Shown here one piece after another: positions 11,996-24,340 of a DNA stretch of 64,000 bases. The notes beneath the pieces were generated by a model, which was not told the origin of the DNA, searched no databases, and worked only from the letters and a program-made list of their open reading frames with translations. Every line of letters starts with the position of its first letter. Within the stretch, counting starts at the first letter, position 1. Origin of the DNA: Felis catus (taxonomy: Eukaryota). The DNA lies in contig NC_058368.1 in assembly GCF_018350175.1 (NCBI RefSeq), positions 85,438,001 through 85,502,000 of the forward strand. Direction: 5' to 3'. Position numbers and translations under genes: made by a program.

Positions 11996-12409
11996 TTAAA
12001 AGTCAGCCAAATAGGAAAATTAAGGTTGAAGTAAATCAATCTTAATTACATATAGAAAATCACTTTTGACATAACTTTAGGATGAGGGTAATAACCTGTC
12101 GTAATCACGATATGAAGGAGATTGTATTAGGTAATGGGTTATTAGGGTTATCTCAGAATTGTGACTACCACACTAAATCAGACACTGCAACACATAGCAC
12201 TCACATTCTTTGTATTTTTTATTACCAACCTTCAGTTACAGTATCATCCCCAAAGTTAAATTGTTGCTTTGTGTTTATTTTTATGCCAACATAAAATTTG
12301 GGTGGTCTTAAATGCTTTTGTTTTTATTGTTTCAATTTTGGAGAATACATGAAGTAGCTCAGGTTTACATGGCTGACAGGATCATATTAAATCCCAAAGC
12401 TTTCTTTTT

Positions 12410-13590
12410 TTTTTCAATCTTTTTAAAATTTAAATTCAATAACCAACTTCCAAGTAACCAAAAGCTAAAACCAATCCCTAAATTCAAGTTAGTTAACATA
12501 TAGTGTAGAACTATTTTCAGGAGGACAATTTAGTGTTTCATCACTTAGGTATAATACCCAGTGCTTATCCTCACAAGTACCCTCCTTAATGTTCATCACC
12601 CATCTAGCCCATGCCCCCACTTCCCCTCCAGCAATCCTGAGTTTTTTCTCTATACTTAAGAGTCTCTTCTGGTTTGCTTTCCTTTGTCTATGTCTTATTT
12701 TTCCTTCCCTTCTCCTATTTCATCTATTTTGTTTCTTAAATCCCATATAAGAATGAAATCATATAATATCTGTCTTTCTCTGACACACTTATTTCACTTA
12801 GCCTAATACATTCTGGTTCCACCCATATCATTGCAAATGGTAAGCTTTCATTCTTTTTGACCACCAAGTAATATTTCATTGTATATATATGACCACCTCT
12901 TTATCCATTCATCAGTCAATGGACATTTGGGCTCCTTCCATAATTTAGCTATTGTTGATAGGGCTTCTATAAACATTGGGGTGCATGTACCCCTTTGAAT
13001 CAGCATTTTTGTAACCTCTGCATAAAGTGTGAAAATGCTGGATCATATGATAGTTTTATTTTTACTTAAAAAAATTTTTTTTTCAACGTTTATTTATTTT
13101 TTGGGGGGACAGAGAGAGACAGAGCATGAACGGGGGAGGGGCAGAGAGAGAGGGAGACACAGAATCGGAAACAGGCTCCAGGCTCTGAGCCATCAGCCCA
13201 GAGTCTGACGCGGGGCTTGAACTCACGGACCGCGAGATCGTGACCTGGCTGAAGTCCGACGCTTAACCGACTGCGCCACCCAGGCGCCCCTATTTTTACT
13301 TTTTTGAGGAACCTCCATAATGTTTTCCAGAGTGGCTGTACCAGTTTGCATTTCCACCAATAGTGCAAAAGTGTTTCCCTTTCTCCACATCCTTTTTAAC
13401 ATCAGCTCTGTTCTGAGTTGTTAATTTTAGCCATTCTGACAGGTGTGAGGTGATATCTCATTGTGTTTTTTTATTGTGTCTCCCTGGTGATGAGTGATAT
13501 TAAGCATCTTTTTCATGTGTCTGTTAGCCATTGGGTGTCTTCTTTGGAAAGTATCTATTCATGTTTCCTGCCCATTTCTTCACTGTATTA
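12410..13590 (-). mobile_element. 5'-truncated L1 3' end
   Basis: L1 3'UTR and ORF2 C-terminus ([20 protein letters not shown]). Confidence 0.9.
13068..13290 (-). mobile_element. Young felid SINE (SINEC_Fc)
   Basis: Near-identical to the 5555 copy. TSD TATTTTTACTT. Confidence 0.97.
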
Positions 13591-13857
13591 TTTGGAAAAA
13601 CAAAAGCTTTGCTTTAGAGGTTTTGAACAGGAGGATGTAGCAGTCACAGCTACAGACAGAAGACCAAATCTATATCTATATCTATATCTATATCTATATC
13701 TATATCTAATCATCCTCATCCTGAATTGGAGATCCAATTTATTCCCAAATTTTTTGACAATACTTGCAGCCATGTTCATAACCCTTAGAGAAGAGACTGG
13801 AATATCTTATCCATAGAAGTTGACCAGCAGAAGATAATAAAGTCACAGACCCTAGTA

Positions 13858-13896
<39 letters not shown>

Positions 13897-15050
13897 TTTT
13901 TAACAGAACCTAATATTTTAAATTTTTTGGAGGACAAGAAGCCAGAGGCACCATAAGAATGTCCTGAAAGAAAGGGACAAAGCAGCAGGAAACTGCTTTC
14001 AGTTTCATTCCCAGGTTGGTGGGCCGCCAGGGCTGCTCGTTCTCTCCAGAAGGCGTCATACGGGCACCAGGCCTGGGGTGAAGAATGTTTTGTCTGGTGC
14101 CAGATGTACTCATGACCCAGTATGGAATACACTGCAGGTGCATGGCTTGTCAAGATGCCAAATACTATGTTGTATGTGCCTGTTGTTACCAGACAATTTG
14201 CAAAACTAAAAGAGACTTGAGCCAGGGGACCGATGCTTCGGCTCCTGGAGAGTCTTAGCCCCCTGCTTTCCAATTCTCTCATCACCGCACCTTTAGGACC
14301 TGTCTCTCTACAAAATTTCTCACAATACAGTGAAATCCCCAATTGATACTTATATTAGCTACCTATAAAAAGCTTTGCCTTCCTCAGAACTTTATTTGAG
14401 TGGCTCACTCACCTAATGAGCAGAGAAGTATCATTAGATATTTAAGGAGATTCATTATCAAGAAAAATATAAACCCAAATAAACAAAAAAGTGAAACTTG
14501 GAAGAAACAAACACAGGGCAAGAAGAATAATTAATGTTAGAGAAATTAATTTTAATATATATGAAAGAAAATATAAAGTGAAAAAAAAGGGTATGCAGAA
14601 ATTTAATTCATAAAACCAAAATATAGTCTTGTTAATTAAAAATGTGATGACTAATTAAAAATATCAATAGAAGGGTTAAATGATCAAAATGAAGAAATAT
14701 TCATGAAGGTAGCATAAAAACACAAAAGAATAAAAATAAGATATAAAATAGAATTTATATAGGAGATTCAATATTGAGTAATAGCAGTTTTATAATTGAA
14801 GAACAGAGAAAATAGAAGAAAGACATAATCAATGCAATGAATCAAGAATATTTCCCAGAGCTAAAAATCATGTGTGGTCACATTAAAGAGCTTCCTGAGA
14901 CCCTTGAGGTCAGTAGATGAAAAAAAAAATGTGCTATTTGGTATGCTCAAAATACATAATAGATTCACATGCCCCTCTAAAAAGAAAAATGTGTCAAGGA
15001 CCAGAATGACATTCAACTTCTTAATAACAAACTGAAAGATAATTGGGCAC
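13590..15050 (+). mobile_element. HAL1/old L1 ORF1-like remnant, with microsatellites and an unassigned internal segment
   Basis: AGAGACTGGA..GAAGTTGACCAGC and CTCACTC..ATGAGCAGA motifs, followed by A-rich ORF1-like sequence (GAATATTTCCCAGAGCTAAA). Confidence 0.6.
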
Positions 15051-15052
15051 AT

Positions 15053-15576
15053 TTTAAAATATAATAATATATCTAGCCAACATTTTATTCATGCCCATCA
15101 CCCATTTAACCCATCCCCCACACACCTCCCCTCCAGCAACCCTCAGTTTTTTCTCTGTATTTAAGAGTTTCTTATGGTTTGCCTCCCTTTCGGCTTTTAT
15201 CTTTTTTTTTAAATGTTTATATTTGAGAGAGAGAGACAGAGTGTGAATGGGGGAGAGGCACAGAGAGAGACTGGGACAGAATCTGAAGTAGACTACAGGC
15301 TCTGAGCTATTAGCACAGAGCCTGATGCAGGGCTTGAACGCATGAGCTATGAGATCATGACCTGAGCTGAAGTCCAATACTTAACTGACTGAGCCACCCA
15401 GATGCCCCTCTCTGTTTTTATCTTTTTTTTTCCTTCCCTTCCTCTATGTTCATCTTCCCCCTCCTAAATTCCACATATGAGTGAAATCATATGGTATTTG
15501 TCTTTCTTTTTTTTTTTTTTTTGCTTAGCTTGATACACTAATTCTATCCACATCATTGCAAAAATATGTCATTATT

Positions 15577-15615
<39 letters not shown>

Positions 15616-15690
15616 ACATTTTCTTTATCAGTTCATCAGGTGATAGACATTTGGACTGTTTCCATAATTTGGCTATTGTTGATGTGCTAG
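15053..15690 (-). mobile_element. L1 3' end fragment containing a CanSINE (15202-15408, -) and (TA)n
   Basis: L1 3'UTR motifs and SINE head ...GATGCCCC at 15408. Confidence 0.88.
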
Positions 15691-17152
15691 TTCAAATTTA
15701 TTCAGTAAGATTTTGTAATTAATGCATTAGTGCATGTGTGTTGACTCTCCCTTTTCAAATCCAAAAGAAATTAAACAGTAATTCATATTCTTTACTATGT
15801 CTATGAAAATAGACTGCTGTGTCATTTCCCATAAACTGCCCCATGGAAGAGCTCCAGATGTTATTTGAGCCTTCATTCTACTGGTTCTGTGGAAAAGGGG
15901 AAGATAAATGAGACATTGCTGTGCTGTAACTTCTAATATGGGGATAGCTATGTGTTGCTTGTTTTTGATAGTAAATTTCTGCTTGAAAAAGAGAGAACTA
16001 AATGGTTTATCCAGTTTGTAGAAATTATGAATTAATTTTTGGCTAAAAGGAAGTTATAAGGACATTTCCAATCATGACAAAACAAAACAGAAGAAAACAA
16101 ACCTCAGGTTTCCTCATTTTCTATCATAGGCAGAGCAAAATATATTTATACATGTTTGGTATAACTTTATATATTATATATTTGGTATAACTGTGTACAC
16201 ACACACACTCATATATACATATACATATATATACATATGTATGTGTGTATATATATATATATAATGTTATATATTTATTATAGTTATACCAAAGCACAGA
16301 AGTATGATTGATTTCCCCTTGTGACTTCTGTTTCTGAACCTTCCAATTTATACACTAACGATTCCTGGGAATTTGAAGTCTCCTGAGGCATTAAAATCCC
16401 TATTATTCTACATCCTCTCTGCAATGTTACCCAGGCTTCTCTCCAGAGTAATGATCATGTCATCTCCATAAAAACCTTTCTATAGCGCAGTTTAGGTCCT
16501 TTGGAGTTACATAGGAAAGGACAAAGCTCAGAAGGTATTCCCCTTATCTCTCTCTCCCATGAATTGCTCTCATGATTTATGACATTGAGTAGAGTCACCC
16601 ACAACCCACCAGTTTTAAGCTGGACCTCTTCTGGGGAAAAGATCAAGAAGATAAATGGCAGGTAGAAACCACAAACCAGAGTAATTTGCTGGAATTAAAC
16701 CATCTATAAACAGACAACTTTAGCTTCTTTGATTCTACACTTGGCAATATGCCACCTAAAATAGTAAGGATCTGCGTATTGTATTTCTTCTGACACTTTG
16801 TTCAGTTCTCAGAGTGTCCATTAGTTTTCTAATTCACAACATTCTTTGAAATACTTCAGAAGGTACAGATACACACACACAAATAGAGAAGCACCAACTT
16901 GGTTCTTAGAGAAGTTAATTTAATGATGTCAGGACATACTTGGAAATTAGCACATGGCACAAACTGGCCAATTCAAATAGATATAAAATTGTATAATTAT
17001 AATTTATTTCTATTGGAATTATAAAATACACTGCATAAAATAAATATTGAATTATACTTCAAATAAAATAACAGGTATGCATATGAAAAATCATACAAAA
17101 TAGAATGAGTAAAACATAGCCACATCAGTGACCCATAGGGTAAAGAAGATAT

Positions 17153-17305
17153 TTTTAAAGTTTATTTATTTTTGAGAAAGAGAGAAGAAAGAGAGCAGGG
17201 GTTGGAGGGCAGAGAGAGGGAGAGAGAGAATCCCAAGCAGATCTCACGAATCCTGGGCCAATATTAAGAGACAGACGCTTAACCAACTGAGCCACCCAGA
17301 TGCAC
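17153..17305 (-). mobile_element. Internally deleted CanSINE
   Basis: TTAACCAACTGAGCCACCCAGATGC head, (GA)n and T-tail. Confidence 0.85.
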
Positions 17306-18569
17306 TCAATACAGAAGATTTTTAACTGCAGTAAGTTAATCAAAGAAAATGACCTGAAGAAATAGTATGAATTAAACTTGAAATTAACTGACAGGCAAAA
17401 GTAAGGAGAGAAAGCAGAAAGGCATTCCTAGGTGACAGAATTTGTGAAGGAAAGACAGCAAGGACAAAACCAGGCATAACATAGAAAGTCATTTTATCAT
17501 TCAAGACCAAGACAAGATATAGTAACTGGCTGTAGTACAAAATTTGGATGTGGGAAAGACAAAAACTGAGGTGCTAAAATTGAAAGCTAAAGTAATATGA
17601 ATGTACAATCAAAACATTTTATTGATATTATGGGTAATCAGGCACCAGGAACCCACTTCTGTCACTGCCACCAAGCTAATTATGTTCTATAAACAGCAGT
17701 GAAATACAGCATTTTTTTATATTACATGTATAAAGATAACCGTGACATTCACAATGTAGTCCAAATAACTAAGTTTCCTGGCACAAAGTGATTATATTTT
17801 ATAGTATAACTTAATTGTGTATGTATATAATAACTATGTATGATATGTATAACTACATATAATAAATAGATATATAACTATGTATATGAATACATAAATA
17901 TATAAATTGGAGATTCACAGACAACAATTGAATCTTGAAAAAAATATGTGATGAAATTGTCCAGTAGTGATAAACCAGATAAGGAAATTATACATAGATA
18001 TAAAAACATACATGCCACAGAGTTTGTACAATATTTAACTCCAGAGTAGTAACTGGGAGACAGGAGATACCTAGGATACTGTTAAGGAATTAAGTTTAAA
18101 AATAAGCTAGTGCAAATTGTAGGGCTTTTGAAAACCAAGCTAGATTTGTAGAGTATTCAATAGATAAGTAAAGAAAATATTTAAACTTTTTGGGAAGAGA
18201 AGGATAATTTTAAAGAGTGACTAAAGATCACTAGCTATGGGAAATTTAAGAAGAGGAAGAATTGAAGGTGGAGGGAAAGAAAGGAGGAAGAGGTCAATGG
18301 ACATAAAGCCAAAGCCAGGGTTAAATGCATGAGTAGACAGAGTCAACAATTATACACATTGTGATTAAACAGGAATTAGGTGATATTCTTAAATACAAAT
18401 TATTAACAATTTTAATAATTGTTAAACTATTAACAATTATTATAATTGGGGTTTTCTGACCGTCCCCATCTTGAGAGGATCCTCTTTGTGGTCATTCTGT
18501 CATTCTTCTATAGTTTTATTCTTTGGACACCAAAAGATTTTATGTTCTCAAAATAAATAAAATGCATTT

Positions 18570-18776
18570 TATTCATTCATTCATTCATTTATTCATTTAT
18601 TTATTTGAGATAGCAAGAGTGGGAGAGAGGGGCAGAGGGAGAGACAGAGAGAATCTTAAATACATTTCACTCTCTGTGCGGGATCCCATGCAGGGTTGAT
18701 CCCACACCCCTGGGATCATGACCTGAATATAAATCAAAAGTTGATGCTCAATTCACTGAGCCACCCAGGCACACCT
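18570..18776 (-). mobile_element. Older CanSINE
   Basis: CTGAGCCACCCAGGCACACC head and (ATTC)n tail. Confidence 0.85.
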
Positions 18777-18960
18777 ATTTGTTTATTTATTAACTTACTT
18801 TATTTACTTATTTTTATTTTCTTCAAGTATTTTCTTGTTAAATATTAGTAATGTGGAGTTTAAAATTCTATTTTATATAAAAATTTGAGATTAGTTTTTT
18901 TTTAATGATGATTTAAAGAAAATCACTTTAACCTATATGACATTTAAAGATAATGTTTTA

Positions 18961-19177
18961 GGGGCGCCTGGGTGGCGCAGTCGGTTAAGCGTCCGACTTC
19001 AGCCAGGTCACGATCTCGCGGTCTGTGAGTTCGAGCCCCGCGTCAGGCTCTGGGCTGATGGCTCAGAGCCTGGAGCCTGTTTCCGATTCTGTGTCTCCCT
19101 CTCTCTCTGCCCCTCCCCCGTTCATGCTCTGTCTCTCTCTGTCCCAAAAATAAATAAACGTTGAAAAAAAATTTTTT
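18961..19177 (+). mobile_element. Young felid SINE (SINEC_Fc)
   Basis: Near-identical to the 5555 copy. TSD AAGATAATGTTTTA / AAGATAGTGTTTTA. Confidence 0.97.
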
Positions 19178-20645
19178 TAAGATAGTGTTTTAATTAACTG
19201 GGGTCTGATCTACTACCACTTTTGGCAAATGGCCAAGTCTTAGGAAATGGTGGTTTGTAACCAAATGGCACAAACAATAGGAAACCAGAAAAAATAAAAA
19301 TGAAAATGAAAGATTTTTCCAGCATGGACAAAATTAAGTAAGAAAAGAGGAATAAAAGAGCAATTTCCCCATTTTTTTTCAAGGACTTAACCTTTCATTT
19401 CACTCTGATATGCAAAACAACAGTAATCACTAACGAAGGAAAAAACAAAAAAATAAGGAAGCCATATTTTAATAGTTATTTCACTTAGTTTGTCATGAAT
19501 TTGTATAATAAAATTTTATCTAACTTTTCCCAAATTCTAAAAAAAATAGGGTTAAATATATCTGCTGGAACCACTGGGAATTTATTAAACTATTGCAAAA
19601 AAAAACTAATTAACATGTGAATCAAAGAAAATGATCTGCAGAAATAGGGTGAATTAAACTTGAGATTAAGTGATACACGAAGATATGAATAGAAAGTAGA
19701 AAGACATTTTCAGGTGACAGAAAATGTGAGGGAATGAGAATACAGGGCAAATACCAGTGATTGGAGTTGTAATATGAATGTGATATAATCATTTACATCT
19801 TCAAAAACTGGATTTGGAATGGAGAGCGGGGGTGATTCAAGAGAAGTAAATACACAAGGCACTGTATTACCTTGTGAAAAGTATGATATCTGGGCATGAC
19901 TAGGTTAGATATTCAACTTCTAAAAGATTGATCATAGAGGACAACTGACATCATGATCTCTGGTAGTATCGAATAGGTGGATAAATTCACATCTGGTCCT
20001 GGTAATTAAAGATCATAAGAACCAGAGAATCCAACATATGCTCTCTCAAACCTGACATATTAGGGATATATATTTGGGGAAAGGTGAAATTTCACAGGAA
20101 TCAATGACTGCCAATTGTTATCAACCACTTCGAAGCAGCTTCAGGAATATTCAGAAAATGTATTCACTGAAAAGGAAAGAAAATGAATTTCTCTTAGGAT
20201 GATATCACGACTTTCTACCTAGAGTAAGGGGCAGTACAAATGGACATGTCTTGCTTGTTCACATATAGCCTGGATCAGTATATTTAAGAACTAGAGGAAG
20301 AATGCACAAATTTTCTATTAAAAAAAAAAAACTATCTTATTAAAGTTTTGTGAGATACTTACATATTCTAAAGATATTGTCCATTTTCAAGAAAATGTCT
20401 GTAGTACATGTCAGTTTACTCTTTATTCTTTTTTCTAATTAATAATACTTATTTCTTAATTTTCATCAAATATTTTGTATTTTTAAAAATGGTATTCAAG
20501 TTTTATGTTCTGTTTTGAATAGATTATTGATGACAATTATAAAACTTTCCATCTAGTTGTTTCTATTTTTTAAGGTTTTAAGATATGCACACAGATATGC
20601 ACACAGGCTTTTATTATAAGTTTCAAAGATTGTGGCATAAAGAGT

Positions 20646-20703
20646 GGCTAATGGCTGTGAAATACTTTTTCCCCCAATTTCCCATTCTCCTGAGGTATAG
20701 TAG
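20646..20703 (+). promoter_or_regulatory. Probable 3' splice acceptor of the OR coding exon
   Basis: Branch-point-like CTAAT near 20648, a pyrimidine tract at 20665-20691, and AG candidates ending at 20694, 20700 and 20703 just before the ATG. This is typical OR gene architecture. Confidence 0.6.
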
Positions 20704-20705
20704 AG

Positions 20706-21653
20706 ATGGATGGAACAAATGACAGCACTCAGGGAAATTTCATCCTTTTGGGGTTTTCTGACCGTCCCCATCTCGAGAGGATCCTCTTTGTGGTCATCTT
20801 GATTGCATACCTCCTGACTCTTATGGGCAACACCACCATCATCCTGGTGTCCCGGCTGGACCCCCACCTCCACACTCCTATGTACTTCTTCCTCACCCAC
20901 CTATCTTTCTTGGACCTCAGTTTCACCACCAGCTCCATTCCTCAGCTGCTCTATAACCTGAATGGCCATGACAAGACCATCAGTTACACAGGCTGTGCCA
21001 TCCAGCTCTTCCTGTTTCTGGGTCTGGGTGGTGTGGAGTGCTTGCTCCTGGCTGTCATGGCATATGACCGATTTGTTGCAGTCTGCAAACCCCTGCACTA
21101 CCTGGTGATCATGAATCCGCATCTCTGCATGGGCTTAGTGTCCCTTGCTTGGGGCTGTGGTGTGGCCAACTCTTTGATTATGTCTCCAATGACTCTGTGG
21201 CTACCCCGCTGTGGATATTGGAAAGTAGACCACTTCCTGTGTGAGATGCCTGCCCTGATTCGGATGGCCTGTGTCAATACAGCTGCAATTGAAGGCATTG
21301 CCTTTATCCTGGCAGTGGGCATTGTTCTGTCACCTCTGGTGTTTATCCTGATATCCTATGGCTACATCGTGAGGGCTGTGTTAAGTATCCAGTCATCCTC
21401 AGGGAGGCACAAAGTCTTCAACACCTGTGGCTCCCATCTCACAGTGGTCTCCCTTTTCTATGGAAACATCATCTACATGTACATGCAACCAGGAACCAGC
21501 TCCTCCAAGGACCAGGGAAAGTTTCTCACTCTTTTCTACAACATTGTCACACCGCTCCTGAACCCCATGATCTATACCTTCAGAAACAAAGAGGTGAAAG
21601 GGGCACTGAGAAGATTAGTTTTGGGAAATCTGTCTTTAAGGAAGAGATTATAA
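20706..21653 (+). CDS. OR2W3: Olfactory receptor family 2, OR2W3-like, intact 315 aa
   Basis: All hallmark OR motifs are present: N-glycosylation NDS, GN, LHTPMYFFL, MAYDRFVAVCKPLHY, HFLCE, KVFNTCGSHL, PLLNPMIYTFRNKEVKGAL. The N-terminus MDGTN.STQ..FILLGFSDRPHLERILFVVILIAYLLTL matches OR2W3 as I recall it. Confidence 0.93.
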   Translation: MDGTNDSTQGNFILLGFSDRPHLERILFVVILIAYLLTLMGNTTIILVSRLDPHLHTPMYFFLTHLSFLDLSFTTSSIPQLLYNLNGHDKTISYTGCAIQLFLFLGLGGVECLLLAVMAYDRFVAVCKPLHYLVIMNPHLCMGLVSLAWGCGVANSLIMSPMTLWLPRCGYWKVDHFLCEMPALIRMACVNTAAIEGIAFILAVGIVLSPLVFILISYGYIVRAVLSIQSSSGRHKVFNTCGSHLTVVSLFYGNIIYMYMQPGTSSSKDQGKFLTLFYNIVTPLLNPMIYTFRNKEVKGALRRLVLGNLSLRKRL

Positions 21654-22256
21654 CCTAACACAATGATAGCAATGATTTCTTATGTTAATATCCTACACTA
21701 TATTGATCTTGCATTACTACCATCTGCTAGAGTTTGGGAATATTTCATCACAGAGTTTATGGTCCATCTTTAGTTTTCTTTTGTGCAAGTCATGCAGGAG
21801 TATATAAATTATAATATTCAAAAATGGTTATTCTCAAGGAATATCTGTTGACCATTACTAATGTACAAATATCTAGATGGTTAACATACTATACTAAAAA
21901 ACAGAGCCATGTTTTCTAGTCAGTCTAGAAAGGAAAGAGAGAAAATTGAAATGAAATTTCTTTTACCCAGACTTTCTGAAATGTGTAACCATTATAGAAT
22001 ATTGAATATTTTATTATAATCATTCACCTTTACAAATTTTGATAAGATCTGTCAACATGGATAATAATTTATATTTCACTATCATTGTCCTACAACAAAA
22101 GCAACAAAAACAACAAAACACTCTCACAGAAAAATGTAGCTAATATTCCTTATTATCTATTTAATGATTCAATAGCAATTATTGAATGGCTTTTGTATTG
22201 CAGGCACTGTTCTAGGTGCTGGATTAAAGCTTGGATCAAAACTGACAAGGTCCCTT

Positions 22257-22475
22257 GGGGTGCCTGGGTGGCTGAGTCAGTTAAGCGTCTGGCTTTTGAT
22301 TTCAGCTCAGGTCATGACCTCATGGCTACTTTGTGAGACCAAGCCCTGTGCTGGGCTCTGCACTGACAACATGGAGCATGGTTGGGAATCTCTCTGTCCC
22401 TTTCTCTTTGCTCCTCCCTGCTCGCTCTCTTCTCTCTCTCAAAATAATAAGTAAATAAATAACACTAAAAAGAAA
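22257..22475 (+). mobile_element. CanSINE
   Basis: GGGGTGCCTGGGTGGCTGAG head. Degenerate TSD ACTGACAAGGTCC / ACTGACACGATCC. Confidence 0.92.
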
Positions 22476-22479
22476 AGAC

Positions 22480-23825
22480 TGACACGATCCTGATTTTGTG
22501 AAATTTAACTATTAATATCTAAGCTGGTGACAATAAATGACAAAGAATAAAGCTTTCATTGAGTTATAATGTAAATAAAATTAAAAATATGTATACATAT
22601 ATATTGACATTTATATTGATATCATGGGAAGTAATCAAGAAGTTGGGAAAGGTGGAATGTTCTGGGAAGGTCTCTATGGAAATACTATTTTAGTCACATC
22701 CAGAGGATGAAAATGAAGACCTGTCACAATCATTCCAGAAGAAGGAATGTTAAATTTAAATTTTGCCATGTAAGAGGAGGCTTGGCATACTTTGAGTCAG
22801 AAGAATGGTCATTGTTCATGGAGTGGGGTTCTAGAGAGGTAGACAGAGGTAGACAGAGAAGGCCAGAGCATGAAGAATCTTACAGGTAATGTTACAGACT
22901 AAGACAAGAAGTAGTGGAGAAAGTAAATAATATGATTTTTCAATTTCACAGTTCCACTCCTTCTGTTGTGCAGAGCATGGAAGTTTTGGGACAAAGATGA
23001 GGCAAAACAGACTATAGCAGTAAATGAGACAACAGTAGCTAATGGTTTGCAATAAACAGTATCAGTGAAAAGAGTAAATTTATAATCAAAGATGTATTTT
23101 AGAAATCAAGCCAGGAGTATTTTCTAATGGAAATTGTAGAGTGAGAACTGATTAGGAATTAAGAGTGATGTAATTTGCAATTTGTAATTTTAGCAAGTAG
23201 GTGTTGATTAGAACCTTTTCTGGAATGGGAGTGATTGAAGTAAAAGCAAATATACAGTTGGGGTAGGGATTCAAATGTTCTTTTTTAGACAAATTATGTT
23301 TAGAATAAAGAAAAAACAGTCAAACAAGGATATCAATGTGGTAGTTATGTAAAAGTTCAGGACCTCAGGTTAGAAAGGCAGCATTGGTAATATTAATTGG
23401 AATTCACCAGTATAAAGATGTTATTTAAATGCATATTTTACTGCCCATTTATGGAGTAGAAATAGATAAGATAACTGAAGTAAACAACTTATACTAAGGA
23501 AAATAAAAGAAACAAAGAAAGACACTAAAATTAAGTTCTAAAATGAATTAATGTTTCCAGCACCTGGGTAACTCATTTGGTTGCGTCACTCTTGGTTTTG
23601 GCTGAGGTCATGATCTCACAGTTTTGTGAGTTTGAGCCCCATGTCACACTCTGTGCTGCCAATGCAGAGTCTGCTTCGGATTCTTTCTCCCTCTCTCTCT
23701 GATCCTCCCCCACTCACTCACACACTCTCAAAATAAAAAATAAACTTAAAAAATAAAAATAAATAAATGAGTTAATGTTTAGAAATCAGAGGAAAAGGGA
23801 TCAGCAAAGCATTAAAATTGGACAG
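22480..23825 (-). mobile_element. Highly decayed L2-like remnant, interrupted by a CanSINE at about 23558-23765 (+)
   Basis: Purine-rich L2-type motifs (CATTCCAGAAGAAGGAATG, GGAGGCTTGGCATACTTTGAG). SINE TSD AATGAATTAATGTTT / AATGAGTTAATGTTT. Confidence 0.55.
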
Positions 23826-24340
23826 TGTGGTAAATTGTTTGCAGATATGACTATTACCAGTTCCTTTCATACTATGCATGTCTTTTACGCCTTCCATCCA
23901 CAAACACTTCAGTATGGTCTGGTCATGTGACTTGCTTTGGTCAACAGAGTATGCTAGTTGTAATGTATGAATCCTGGGCCCAGTTCACCAGAGTCCTGGC
24001 TGCTACCTGTTTTGTTTTCTTGGGATCTAAGTTCCATGTAAATAACCTCAGGCCACACTAATAAATACTGACAGGCAATATGAACAGAGATAGATCCAGA
24101 GATAGATCCAGATAGATCCAGTCATTCCACCCTCCAGTGCTGTGAATGAGGTCATCCAACCAGAGCCAAACACCTAGCAAATACATCCTTTCAAGGTCCA
24201 CACAGTCAGAATGTGGAACAAAGATGAACTATTCTGGCTAAGCCCTGTAAAATTTTCTGATTCATAAATAAGAACAATAATAATGTAGTTTCCACTAGAT
24301 TTGAGGATGATTTTATTGGCAGTAATAAATAATAATCAGA
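23826..24340 (+). mobile_element. MaLR solo LTR (MLT1-like)
   Basis: TGTGGT start, the CATGTGACTTGCTTTGGTCAA motif, and a typical MLT1 3' end (CCACTAGATTTGAGGATGATTTT..GCAGTAATAAATAA). Confidence 0.75.

Noticed and set aside
20553..21322. Minus-strand ORFs overlapping the OR
   Set aside because: They are antisense shadows of the OR coding sequence with no independent motifs.
24087..24122. Short AGATAGATCC triple repeat
   Set aside because: It is a simple slippage duplication inside a MaLR LTR, with no spacer structure.
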